Source: Leptospirales bacterium (GTDB lineage: Bacteria; Spirochaetota; Leptospiria; Turneriellales; JAOUFE01). Taken from it: a stretch of 64,000 bases of DNA. The notes beneath the pieces were generated by a model. The model had not been told where the DNA came from and made no database searches. It worked only from the letters and a program-made list of their open reading frames with translations. This document shows, one piece after another, positions 39,829 to 49,491 of this stretch. Both the position numbers and the translations under genes were made by a program. How positions within the stretch are numbered: the first letter of the stretch is position 1; every line of letters starts with the position of its first letter. The stretch is taken from positions 9,454-73,453 of the forward strand of contig JBEQLE010000010.1 in the NCBI GenBank assembly GCA_040326155.1. Direction: 5' to 3'.

Positions 39829-42800
39829 TTATAAAGCGCCAGGGGTTGCAGGTGCGGCTTTCCAGCCGGTTAAACTCTTGTTTAAAGAAAAACCGTTCGG
39901 GACATCTGATATATTTATTCCCAGTTTTTGTATTTCAGCATCATTAAAGCCGGAAATAGGATTTAACGAGTTCCATGACATAAATTGATGCGCCCCAACA
40001 TTGGCGTAAAGCCTGAGCATCCCCCCTTTCATCAACGAACTGGTAATATGCCCATCTTTATTTGTATAATAAACGATCTCCCTCCATTGGTCTTTCGTTT
40101 TAAGAAGTAAAATTCCATCGCTCCATGTAAGAGGGGAAAATCTCGAAACAAAAGAGGTTGATCCATAATATAAATTTGAGTAAACTGATAATTCAGCAGC
40201 CGATTCCGGGTCCATATAGATTAAAAGGATTTGCCCGGCAACAACTGCAACATCGGGAAATACAAAAATCGTATATGCACCATATCCCTGCATATATTGA
40301 ATAGAAATTCCATTCAGTGTACCATCTTGACTGACTGTAATTTCAAGCCATTGCGGACCCGAGGTGGGTTTTAACATGATCTCGTTAAATTCTACTTTAG
40401 CGGTTTCTATAGAAGAAAACCCGTTAAATGTAACGCCCCCGGTCGGCAGGGGGAAAGCAGAACCGTTGCAAAGTCGCTCCGTATGCGAAAACGTTAAACC
40501 CGCGTCAGATGAAACAAAAAGTCCCGCCGAAGAGGCTATCCATAAAGAGTTTAATCGAGCAAAAAGCTTTTCGGGGAAAACTTTTTTTCCGTTATAAACA
40601 CCATTATAAATAGGCAGGGGAACCTCAGTAGCCAACCCGGCTTCTATAATTGCAATATTGTCTTGTGAGGCGACATATACCCGAGCAGGGGTCGTAGCAA
40701 TTCTAAACCTGGCCTGGTCCGGGTTGGAAACCCCTGAAAATTTGTAAAAATCTGCTCCGTTATTGTCTGAAAAAAATAGTCCTGCCCCGGTAGCGGCAAT
40801 AACCTTTGTGTCCGTAATTGCGACATCCCACACGGGTCCAGTCACGCCGGCAGCAACGTTAAAAGAAACTCCATCATCGTTCGAGTAGTACATGGACTGG
40901 CCCGTTCCGGCGATAACCGTGTTGTTTTTGGCAGCCAGAGAAAACATAGGTTCGGAAATTACTTTTACAAACCCCGAACCGGAGTTGCGGTACAATCCAA
41001 AGTTCCCGCTGGTATATCGACTGGTCGTTGTAAAAGCGAGGTGGCGAACTTTGAAAGGTGAGGCTACTTCTTTTACAAAATTTCCAGGCGAGGTCGAAGT
41101 GTAAATTCCATCGGAAGTTGCCAGGTAGACGCTCCCCGCATGGAATGAAATATCGTGTACACGAATCGGCCAGGGGGCGAGCGTTACGCGCGTAAAGTTG
41201 GCTCCGGAGTCGCTGGAGTAATATAAAGCTGCATCGCCTGCCATGTAAATTTCATTTAATAAAGATGTTATGGCAAAAGTGCGACCTTGTTTCGCGGTAT
41301 TTGCAGAAATGGAATACAAGTTCTGGGAATTATTTGCTCCTGAAAGCTGAAAAACAAGTTCATTGGAAAAGTCACCGGAATAAACCTGGTCTATTGCGGG
41401 CGTTCCAGAACCCGAAACAGTGTAATCACTTTTATCGACACAAGCAGAAACATCGGCAGAAAACTGAACCGTAATATTTCCACTCTGTTTTTTCGTCACC
41501 GTGCCAAATTCAAGCGGTGTGGCAAAAAGCTCGTCCATACCTGGCGTCGCATAAATAGGTAAAAGGGAACTGCATAAAGCTGCGCAAGGAGTAGTCGAAG
41601 CTCGCCAGTGTCCGTTTTTTCCCATTTTCACCTGTGATCGTATTGCCGCACCGTTTGTTTCCAGGGAGTAATAAACGGGGGCCATTTTGCCGGTCGAATC
41701 GATGAGTTTCATGGTGGGGTCATACAAAGAGAGTCGTGGGTCGCCAGGAAACGGCGTAAAATCTTTAGACGAGGGAATTTTAGCGCTTTGTACAAAAGAG
41801 CGCCCCGGTCCAAAAGTTTCATTCAGAATATCGGCGTCGCGAGTATAAATTATAAAAAGCTCGCCCGGGGCCAGGTTAAACGGTCCTCCATAACTCGAAG
41901 TGTAGAGGTCGGGTATTGTGTAAGTATTTCGAAACCCCTGTGACCTCCAGGCGATGGTCCAGTTTGTAACATCGATATTTTTGCCAGAAAGGTTTTTAAG
42001 CTCTATAAATTTCTGGCCAGAATCGTTACTGCCGTTGACCTCACCATACCATCCAACCTCGGTAATTTGCACGTCGCCAGATTTAGCGGCAGAGCCGAAT
42101 GTTGTCGAAAAAACATATTTCATCGTCGTGGATTTTTGCCATGCCAGTTTCCATTGATTCAATAAACTTCGTGAGACATTCGAGTTGTGTATAAGTAACA
42201 GATTTTCATCATTATTATGAACGGCATTTTGTGACCAGTTGAAAGAGCCGGTAATGGCAACCCCCGAATCGGTATCGGCGTCAATGAGCATTGTTTTGCA
42301 ATGCATTTTCGAACCAGAGCGAAATGAATTACTTGAGACGACATTCGTACCCGAATCGGGAACATAGTTTTCGTTTCCATCAATTCGTATTCTCATATAA
42401 CGTGGCATCAGAACCGAAGCTCGGTAAAGTCGAGAGGCCTCCTGGGAAATTCCCGAAACAAAATTAGAGTCGTGTATTCCATAAACTTTTACACCCCGGC
42501 GGGAGGCTTCTATTAAAGCCGACGAAATTTCATCATGTGAAAAAGCGAATACCATATAGCGGATAGAATTTTCAGCTTTGCCAATAGCCTCGACTACTTT
42601 TTGCACAGTTTGCGCAGAATCGGTTGGCGAAAAATAGAGCGAAACTTTCGACCCCGAAACCATCGTCGTTTTATCTATAAAAGGGGACGATTTCAGGCGT
42701 GCAAAAAACCCGGCCCGCATTCGAAAAAACTCTTCTTCATACCAGCTCGCCAGGGCCGTACTCTTTATGATAATAAAATTATTGTCGTTATAATAAAAGC

Positions 42801-43236
42801 CCGACTGCGTAAAATTTCCAGTGCCGGTCAAAACCGTTTTAGAATCGATCACAATAAATTTGTTGTGTTGGATGCCGGTAGTGTTTCCGACGACCAGATC
42901 AACATCGTCCAGCAACAAAGCCTGGTAACCATTCGAGTCGCTTTCGTCCAGATCGCCCACCAGTTTAACTTCAACACCAGATTGCCTCGCCCTGAGCAAA
43001 GCCTCACGAACCCTCTCCGAGTCAAAATTATACATTGTCATAAAAATCGTTTTCTCGGCCTTCCCGATAAAAAGGACAATACGATCTTCAGCGTCACTTT
43101 GTTCCCCAGGGCGCGAATAAAAAACATCGAAAGAACCGGGCTGCGCAGGCGCTTGAACCTGGCACGAGAGGAAAACAGGGAACGTCAGGAACAACAAAAA
43201 CACCAGACACAAACCAAATAATATATTTTTAACCAT
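39829..43236 (-). CDS. Lipoprotein with two phospholipase D/Nuc domains, lamin-tail-like domains and Asp-box repeats
   Basis: Lipobox-like FLSC; HKD motifs HNKFIVID and HCKTMLID with GxxN; ITEVGW..FIELKN; repeated YS.D.G..F. Confidence 0.8.
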   Translation of the reverse strand: MVKNILFGLCLVFLLFLTFPVFLSCQVQAPAQPGSFDVFYSRPGEQSDAEDRIVLFIGKAEKTIFMTMYNFDSERVREALLRARQSGVEVKLVGDLDESDSNGYQALLLDDVDLVVGNTTGIQHNKFIVIDSKTVLTGTGNFTQSGFYYNDNNFIIIKSTALASWYEEEFFRMRAGFFARLKSSPFIDKTTMVSGSKVSLYFSPTDSAQTVQKVVEAIGKAENSIRYMVFAFSHDEISSALIEASRRGVKVYGIHDSNFVSGISQEASRLYRASVLMPRYMRIRIDGNENYVPDSGTNVVSSNSFRSGSKMHCKTMLIDADTDSGVAITGSFNWSQNAVHNNDENLLLIHNSNVSRSLLNQWKLAWQKSTTMKYVFSTTFGSAAKSGDVQITEVGWYGEVNGSNDSGQKFIELKNLSGKNIDVTNWTIAWRSQGFRNTYTIPDLYTSSYGGPFNLAPGELFIIYTRDADILNETFGPGRSFVQSAKIPSSKDFTPFPGDPRLSLYDPTMKLIDSTGKMAPVYYSLETNGAAIRSQVKMGKNGHWRASTTPCAALCSSLLPIYATPGMDELFATPLEFGTVTKKQSGNITVQFSADVSACVDKSDYTVSGSGTPAIDQVYSGDFSNELVFQLSGANNSQNLYSISANTAKQGRTFAITSLLNEIYMAGDAALYYSSDSGANFTRVTLAPWPIRVHDISFHAGSVYLATSDGIYTSTSPGNFVKEVASPFKVRHLAFTTTSRYTSGNFGLYRNSGSGFVKVISEPMFSLAAKNNTVIAGTGQSMYYSNDDGVSFNVAAGVTGPVWDVAITDTKVIAATGAGLFFSDNNGADFYKFSGVSNPDQARFRIATTPARVYVASQDNIAIIEAGLATEVPLPIYNGVYNGKKVFPEKLFARLNSLWIASSAGLFVSSDAGLTFSHTERLCNGSAFPLPTGGVTFNGFSSIETAKVEFNEIMLKPTSGPQWLEITVSQDGTLNGISIQYMQGYGAYTIFVFPDVAVVAGQILLIYMDPESAAELSVYSNLYYGSTSFVSRFSPLTWSDGILLLKTKDQWREIVYYTNKDGHITSSLMKGGMLRLYANVGAHQFMSWNSLNPISGFNDAEIQKLGINISDVPNGFSLNKSLTGWKAAPATPGAL

Positions 43237-43330
43237 AGTCCGAACCAGTTAAAAGACGAAAGGAAGTCAAATAAAAAGTACCCCTTTTTTAACCCTGGAA
43301 AATATTATGTCACATTAATTTTTCTTTAAA

Positions 43331-43348
43331 GGGGAGAAGTCTCTCCCC
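43331..43348. repeat. G-run/C-run hairpin (dispersed family member)
   Basis: GGGGAGA-AGTC-TCTCCCC. Confidence 0.5.
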
Positions 43349-43359
43349 TCGTTTTGGCA

Positions 43360-43397
43360 ATTACATAAGGTCACAACATGTTGTGACCTTATGTAAT
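43360..43397. repeat. Perfect 38-bp palindrome
   Basis: ATTACATAAGGTCACAACA|TGTTGTGACCTTATGTAAT, no spacer. Confidence 0.95.
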
Positions 43398-43445
43398 GCC
43401 GCCACTACCCCACACATATTAACGAGAGTCGTGGATGAGGATTTG

Positions 43446-43803
43446 TTAATCTGCACCTTTCATACGAACTTTGTTGTTGTCAACAATCCATAAATGCTTT
43501 TCAATCCTTTCCGATGACATCAGAGGGATGACCTTTTTTAACAATAATGATATCGATTTGATATCTTGGTTATTTGGGCGCAAAACAATAATTCCATTGT
43601 ATTTGTCAGGGGGATAATGTGTAATATTCGAAAAATCTAAATCCAGTGTAATTAAGATTCTATTTTCTTTGGTAGCTAATTCTTAGACTGTCGTCATCAA
43701 TACCCTGGATATTTTCATCAAAAACAGAATGTGCATCAAAGCCAGCTTGTAATAAATCTTGTTGTACTTGAATCGGTAAATTTTCATCGAGCTTTAACTT
43801 CAT
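43446..43803 (-). pseudogene. DUF5615 PIN-like (VapC45-like) toxin, frameshifted
   Basis: MKLKLDENLP...GFDAHSV...GIDDDSL, frame change near 43684, then ELATKENRILITLDLDFSNITHYPP..GIIVLR..KVRMKGAD*. Span is 358 nt (not a multiple of 3); ATGA overlap with the DUF433 gene. Confidence 0.88.
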
Positions 43804-44024
43804 GAAAATGCAACTACTCGTTCGTTGGCCAAATCTGCCGCATATTTCATCACTGCATTAATATCTTGCTCTGTAACGGAAGGGTAGTTTTTAATAATTT
43901 CGGGTTTTTCAATGCCCTCGGCTAAATTATCCAAAATGGTCGTTACCATTACTCTAGTCCCGGAAACGCATGGTTTTCCATGACAAATGTCCGGGTCTAC
44001 TTTGATGTGGTTGTGCCAGTCCAT
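43800..44024 (-). CDS. DUF433 family antitoxin
   Basis: IKVDPDICHGKPCVSGTRVMV...YPSVTEQDINA. Confidence 0.92.
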   Translation of the reverse strand: MDWHNHIKVDPDICHGKPCVSGTRVMVTTILDNLAEGIEKPEIIKNYPSVTEQDINAVMKYAADLANERVVAFS

Positions 44025-44033
44025 ACATGTTAA

Positions 44034-44060
44034 ATTATAACATGATTTATGAGTTGTCAA
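44034..44060 (-). promoter_or_regulatory. Sigma70 promoter of the DUF433/DUF5615 operon
   Basis: TTGACA-15 nt-TATAAT with extended -10 TGn, ending about 10 nt before the ATG (near-leaderless). Confidence 0.65.
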
Positions 44061-44218
44061 TTAAAATAATCAATCAAATGGGTCTGAACGCGCAGCCAGA
44101 AATCTCCCGGCGGTCAGCCGGGCAAAAAATATAAATATTGTATTAATAAAAACTTCAAATATGAAGACATATAATAATGCAAAACGTCGGGGGTAGCCCG
44201 AGACCTTGGCTTGGGCGA

Positions 44219-44236
44219 GGGGGTAGGCTTACCCCC
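44219..44236. repeat. G-run/C-run hairpin (dispersed family member)
   Basis: GGGGGTA-GGCT-TACCCCC. Confidence 0.5.
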
Positions 44237-44252
44237 ATTAAAATCGATTAAT

Positions 44253-44993
44253 TTATTCGCCGCAAACGTATTCAACACGCATGGTGTCTGAGTCGTTGAG
44301 TTTTTGACTGATGGGGTAGCCATCTTCGCTATATTGGTAAACGATCTCTTGCGTGTCGACTTCACCTTTTTTCCATTTTTTTCCGTTCACTTCATACTTT
44401 AGATTTTGTTGATAGGTTTCAACAATTTTAATTACATTATTTTTAGCATGCGCAACGGCAAAGCCATGCAACAGTTGAAGCGGGTTACCGGCGTAGACTT
44501 GAATCATGAAGTTCGGTTTGTCGTCGTAAACATATTCATTTACACTGTATAAATTGCCATTGTAGTCATAAATAGTGGCTTTTACCGGTAGGTCATTTTC
44601 GTACTCATAGGTTCTTTTACCCATGGGACTTGATTCTGTAACGATGCGCCCTTTTTTATCTAATTCAAATTGAATTGTACCTAATTTGGTTTCAATGGAG
44701 GTTAATTGATAGGTATTGTTGTGTTCAAACTTCATTGTACCTAAGTAAGTATTCGATACCTTATCTAATTTGCCATATTCTCTGTAGGCATAATGGGAAT
44801 AACCAAAGTCTTTGCTGCCGTCTTTCATGCTTATGTGAGAAGAGATCAGTTTTCCATTCTTATATGCAAAGTCGGTGACTCTTATAGCGTCGCCGATAGA
44901 ATATTCGAGTTTTGCAGGCTTGCACTTTTTTGTTTTGCAGGCGCCAACTGAGAGCGCTAGTAAGGGAAGAAAAATCCATAAGGTTTTTTTCAT
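44253..44993 (-). CDS. Hypothetical lipoprotein with YD-like beta repeats
   Basis: RBS AGGAG, lipobox VGAC, repeated Y.Y...G motifs. Confidence 0.75.
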   Translation of the reverse strand: MKKTLWIFLPLLALSVGACKTKKCKPAKLEYSIGDAIRVTDFAYKNGKLISSHISMKDGSKDFGYSHYAYREYGKLDKVSNTYLGTMKFEHNNTYQLTSIETKLGTIQFELDKKGRIVTESSPMGKRTYEYENDLPVKATIYDYNGNLYSVNEYVYDDKPNFMIQVYAGNPLQLLHGFAVAHAKNNVIKIVETYQQNLKYEVNGKKWKKGEVDTQEIVYQYSEDGYPISQKLNDSDTMRVEYVCGE

Positions 44994-45211
44994 TTGTTTC
45001 TCCTGGAGGTTGTAATTATTAAACTTAGAATTGAATGCAAAAGGAGTACTATGAGAGGTGTTGTCAAATAAAGTTTGTTTTCTCTTTTGCCCGAAAAAAA
45101 CTTCAAACGAGAATCGAACGTAGCGGCACAAAAAAACCGAAGGGGGAAGGCTTTCACCCTCCAAATAAAAAATTGACTTACAGGTTGTGTCGCTTATTAT
45201 TTTTATCTGAC

Positions 45212-46120
45212 ATGGGTGCATCCAAAAAAAATAAATACCTGAGACGTGATCGAGTGTTGAGGGCGATCACCGAAGATGGGCAATTTCGAGCCGTAATTAT
45301 TAAGGCCACCGATCTGGCGAACACTGCATGTAAAAAACATGAATTGAACCCGTTGGCTTCGCTTGTCTTGAGTGAACTTTTTGTTGCTTCTCTTTTAGCG
45401 ACTGTATCTTTAAAAGGTGAAGAGCGCATTAGTTTGCGAATTGATGTGGACGGCCCGGTTAAGTATGGCGTCGTCGAGGCAAATGCGGCTGGTGAAGTTC
45501 GAGGGTATCTCGGAAATAATGAGTTGGTACCTGAATCGGATGACCCGATTATTATGAAAAAAATAGCCATAGGTAAAGGCAAATTAAGTGTTTCGAAAAC
45601 ACTGCATTCCAATTACCAACCGGTAACCAGCGTCGTGGAGTTGACCGAATCGGTTATTGCGAAAGATCTCGCCCGCTATTTTGCCCTTTCGGAGCAAGTT
45701 CCAACTGCGGTTAAAATCGGGGTCCGGCTGAACGAAAATTTTACAATTCAATCGGCGTTTGGCCTTTTGCTTCAAGCCCTGCCCGATGCCGACGAAGAGA
45801 CTATACTTGAACTTGAAAATGATATAGTCGATCATCCCGATCTCGGTGCTTTGTTTGAAGAAGAAGAAAACCTCGATCTGGTTTTGAATCATTTTTTGAA
45901 AAATCAAAAATGGGTGGAACTGGCTAAAACGCCTGTAGACTTTTTCTGCCGGTGCGGCAAAGATCGTTTTTTACGCGGCCTTCAACTTCTCTCGATGAAA
46001 GACCTTATAGAACTCGCAAGCAAAGAGCAAGAGCTTGTTTGTCAATATTGCAATGAAAAATACATCGTCTCTATAAAAGAGATTCAAGATCTGATTGAAA
46101 ACAAAAATAAGTCATTATAG
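45212..46120 (+). CDS. hslO: Hsp33 redox-regulated chaperone
   Basis: DGPVK, GEVRGY, YFALSEQVPT, CRC...CQYC zinc centre. Confidence 0.93.
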   Translation: MGASKKNKYLRRDRVLRAITEDGQFRAVIIKATDLANTACKKHELNPLASLVLSELFVASLLATVSLKGEERISLRIDVDGPVKYGVVEANAAGEVRGYLGNNELVPESDDPIIMKKIAIGKGKLSVSKTLHSNYQPVTSVVELTESVIAKDLARYFALSEQVPTAVKIGVRLNENFTIQSAFGLLLQALPDADEETILELENDIVDHPDLGALFEEEENLDLVLNHFLKNQKWVELAKTPVDFFCRCGKDRFLRGLQLLSMKDLIELASKEQELVCQYCNEKYIVSIKEIQDLIENKNKSL

Positions 46121-46384
46121 ATCGCTTTTAAAGTCGGAATTTACAAGTTGAACCAGAGCCTGTACGGCCTCTTTCTCTTTTTCACCTTCGGCTGAAATTT
46201 TCAATACTGCCCCTTTTACCGGGGCAAGCATCAATAGACCCATAATGCTTTTTCCATTTACTTGTTCGCCGTCTTTTTCAACTTGAATTTCGCAGGGGTA
46301 TTTTGCAGCTGTCTGCACAAAAACGGAGGCAGGTCTGGCATGCATTCCAGTATCTACATTTACGGTTACAGTTTCAATTGTCAT
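46115..46384 (-). CDS. ptsH: Phosphocarrier protein HPr
   Basis: GMHARPA (His15), NGKSIMG (Ser46). Confidence 0.94.
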   Translation of the reverse strand: MTIETVTVNVDTGMHARPASVFVQTAAKYPCEIQVEKDGEQVNGKSIMGLLMLAPVKGAVLKISAEGEKEKEAVQALVQLVNSDFKSDL

Positions 46385-47339
46385 TGTCTGCCTCTTTGGC
46401 TTTACCTGGTTCGGACGGTTTCATTTTTTCCATTAACATCCGGTTGAACTCTCGGGCGGGATGATACCCCATGCCTTTTAAGCGGAAATTTTTTGCTGCA
46501 GTTTCAATTAAAAGAGGTATATTTCGACCCGGTTTTACCGGTATCAATAGACAGGGTATTTCCACACCTAGAATTTCACTCGTTTTTTCATCGAGTCCGG
46601 TTCGATCGTATTCGTGTTGGTCTTTCCACTCTTCCAGAGCAACGATCAATTCAATTCGAATATCTTTTCTTACACTACCTGCTCCATAAAGATCTTTTAT
46701 ATTAATAATTCCCAGCCCGCGAATTTCCATATAGTATGCAATATTTTCTGAAACGCTTCCATGAAGATGGAACTCCCCTCGTTTATAAAGGTGAACCGCA
46801 TCGTCAGCAATTAACCGGTGACCAAGTTCAATAAGTTCAAGCGCTGTTTCACTTTTACCTACCCCGGTTTTTCCGGTAATTAAAACCCCTATTCCAAAAA
46901 CCTCAAGCAGGACTCCATGTGAAACGGTTCTAGGCGAAGTTCGTAAATCGATTACATCGTTTAAAATTGCGCTTAAACGCATGGTAGAGTAAGGCGCAAA
47001 AAAAACAGGAATTTTTTTATCTATCGCCACCTGTAAAAATAAGTCAGGAGGATTCAATTTATGACTGAAAATAATGCAGGGAATATCGTAAGAGAAAAAC
47101 TTTTCAGCGCATTCTTTGCAGTCTGTTTCAGAAAGAGATTCAAGAAACGAGGTTTCACCACGCCCGAAAATCTGAACGCGATCTGCTGCAAAGTTTTCAA
47201 AGAAACCTGTCAACGCTAACCCGGGCCGGTTTATGCCGACCCCGGTTATTATACGGTGGTAATCGGCCCCTTCATACAAAGGACCGAGTTCAAGTTGGTA
47301 AGATTCGTCAAGTAGTTCAATTACCTGAAGAGTCGGCAT
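46374..47339 (-). CDS. hprK: HPr kinase/phosphorylase
   Basis: NRPGLALTG, GKTGVGKSETALEL, LIADD, EIRGLGII. Confidence 0.96.
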   Translation of the reverse strand: MPTLQVIELLDESYQLELGPLYEGADYHRIITGVGINRPGLALTGFFENFAADRVQIFGRGETSFLESLSETDCKECAEKFFSYDIPCIIFSHKLNPPDLFLQVAIDKKIPVFFAPYSTMRLSAILNDVIDLRTSPRTVSHGVLLEVFGIGVLITGKTGVGKSETALELIELGHRLIADDAVHLYKRGEFHLHGSVSENIAYYMEIRGLGIINIKDLYGAGSVRKDIRIELIVALEEWKDQHEYDRTGLDEKTSEILGVEIPCLLIPVKPGRNIPLLIETAAKNFRLKGMGYHPAREFNRMLMEKMKPSEPGKAKEADNDN

Positions 47340-47342
47340 TCT

Positions 47343-48089
47343 TTATACCGGTTTTTTCAAGGCCAAATCACCAGTTTTTTCATAAAAAAGAATATTCATT
47401 CTGCGAGACTCTTCGTTAACAAACGCAAAATACTCCAGATTATTTTCTCTCAATAAGTCTATTGCTTCGGGAATGGTCAAAATTGATAAAGGGTACAATG
47501 AAAATGAGATTTCATTGATGTTGGCCTCTCGAAAAGAGACTACTTTTTCATTATATTGACCCAACTCTTTGGTGGGAGAAATAAGAGAGTAATTACCATC
47601 AGGTCGTGGCAAAACAAGTGAATATCGTTTTTCTTCAATATGATGAAACATATGGAATCGAAACTTTTCATTTTGCAACTGTAAGATCGCTTCCGTATCC
47701 GTCATTGGTTTTGGCGGAGCTTCATAAACATGAATGGTTACTTGCTCTTCCGGAGCAACTGGAGTAAAAGATGGAATAACATCTGCCGCACTTCGCGAAG
47801 AAGTTCGACCATCCATTTTTTTATGATATTTATCAACCTGTGTATTTAGAGTTTCTGTCGCAAGGTCGATAGAGGCATACAAATCCTTATCTTGTTTTGC
47901 AACATGAAATACAGTTGAATCGGCATGCACCGTAAGCTCGCATACCTGGTGTTGTCGAACCAGGTTAAAGCGCACATCCACGGCTTCAATATGATGAAAC
48001 CGGTCTTGTAATTTGGTTAATTTTTCGGAACAATACTGTTTAATTGCTTCAGTTGGTTCCAGGTTTTTAAAGTAATAAGCTATATCCAT
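47343..48089 (-). CDS. hpf: Ribosome hibernation promoting factor, long form with two C-terminal domains
   Basis: KNLEPTEAIKQY, DLYASIDLA, then PKPMTDTEAILQL and a second LSILTIPEAIDLL module; located between rpoN and hprK. Confidence 0.85.
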   Translation of the reverse strand: MDIAYYFKNLEPTEAIKQYCSEKLTKLQDRFHHIEAVDVRFNLVRQHQVCELTVHADSTVFHVAKQDKDLYASIDLATETLNTQVDKYHKKMDGRTSSRSAADVIPSFTPVAPEEQVTIHVYEAPPKPMTDTEAILQLQNEKFRFHMFHHIEEKRYSLVLPRPDGNYSLISPTKELGQYNEKVVSFREANINEISFSLYPLSILTIPEAIDLLRENNLEYFAFVNEESRRMNILFYEKTGDLALKKPV

Positions 48090-48120
48090 ATTATCCTTCT
48101 TGTTCAAATATTAGTACGAT

Positions 48121-49491
48121 TTATATGATAGTTGAATCATTAGAAAAGGTCGTAACATTTGCCTTTCTTTCAATTTGACTCGGGATGTGTAGTAATTTTC
48201 TATATTTTGCCACAGTCCTTCTCTTAATATTAAATCCTTCTGATTCCAAGATAATAGAAATTTTCATATCTGACAAAGGAAAGTTACGATTTTCCGAATC
48301 AATAATTTGAATAATGGCTTTTTTTAAGTCGGCCACGCCAAGAAGTATGCCTTCTTTTGATTTCATTTTTCGTGGAAAAAATATTTTTAATTGGAATATA
48401 CCAAATTTTGTCTGACAATATTTTTTTCGTACAATTCTCGAAATTGTTGAAATATGCAGCTCGACCATCGAGGCAATATCTTCGAGGCTCATAGGAACAA
48501 TGGAATCTGGTCCTTTTTTGAAAAATTCTTGTTGCTTTTCGAGTATGGCAGTTCCGACTTTTAAAAGGGAATTATTTCTAAAATCGAGGCTTTTAATAAT
48601 ATTCTGGGCGTTCTCGTACATTTTAGTCCACTCTTCGGTCCACTCTTTTTCAGGAATTTGTTCAAAAAGCTCCCGATTCACGAGTAGTTCAGGAATATCC
48701 TTATTGTTCACCTGAATTTCAACCTGCTTGCCACGCTCCGTATATATTAAATCAGGTAGAACTATAATGCTTTTGTCGTCATAGTTGGCAGCCGGGTACA
48801 AATTCAGCGTAGCAATTTTCTTTAGCTTATCTTTCATCACCTCTACGCTTATAGCCAGCCCTTCGGCGATTGCATCTATTGTTTTTTTATCCAGACCTTC
48901 TATGCTCTCAGCGTTGTTTTGTATAATGGCAATAAGATCAAGCAGAGTTAAATCGCCAGGATAAACATTTTTTGCTTGCCACTCCAGACTTTGCCAGATA
49001 TTTTCAGCGCCTACCCCGGTTGGTTCCAGGCTTTCTATTATTTTTAGCGCACTTTTTAATTCCATTATAGAGTAACTGCCCGAAACAGCAATTTTATCAT
49101 GTGGTCGGGCGGTAAAACCCCTCTCATCAATTTCGGACAAGATGCTTTCTATTAAGGATGATATTCGCGGGGCAATTTGCAAAACAGCTATTTGTCGTTG
49201 CAGTAATATACTTAAACCGGGTTTGTCTGAAATAAAATTTTCAATGGAAAACTCAGAGTCAGAACTTATATCTGAACTACCTGGCAAATATTCTGGTGTA
49301 TAATCTTGATAACGTATGTCTTCATCGCCGGCGCCTTCTTTTTCTTCCAGAAATGGATTCTCTTTCAACTCTTTTTGTAGCTGTATATCCAGTTCTGTCC
49401 GATTCAAAGCCAGAATCTCAATCGATTTTCTTAATTTAAGTGAAATACCACGACGGGTACCGGTCTTAGGTCCAAGACGAATTTTACTCAT
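48121..49491 (-). CDS. rpoN: RNA polymerase sigma-54 factor
   Basis: ENPFLE, LHISTISR HTH, RRTVAKYR RpoN box. Confidence 0.95.
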   Translation of the reverse strand: MSKIRLGPKTGTRRGISLKLRKSIEILALNRTELDIQLQKELKENPFLEEKEGAGDEDIRYQDYTPEYLPGSSDISSDSEFSIENFISDKPGLSILLQRQIAVLQIAPRISSLIESILSEIDERGFTARPHDKIAVSGSYSIMELKSALKIIESLEPTGVGAENIWQSLEWQAKNVYPGDLTLLDLIAIIQNNAESIEGLDKKTIDAIAEGLAISVEVMKDKLKKIATLNLYPAANYDDKSIIVLPDLIYTERGKQVEIQVNNKDIPELLVNRELFEQIPEKEWTEEWTKMYENAQNIIKSLDFRNNSLLKVGTAILEKQQEFFKKGPDSIVPMSLEDIASMVELHISTISRIVRKKYCQTKFGIFQLKIFFPRKMKSKEGILLGVADLKKAIIQIIDSENRNFPLSDMKISIILESEGFNIKRRTVAKYRKLLHIPSQIERKANVTTFSNDSTII

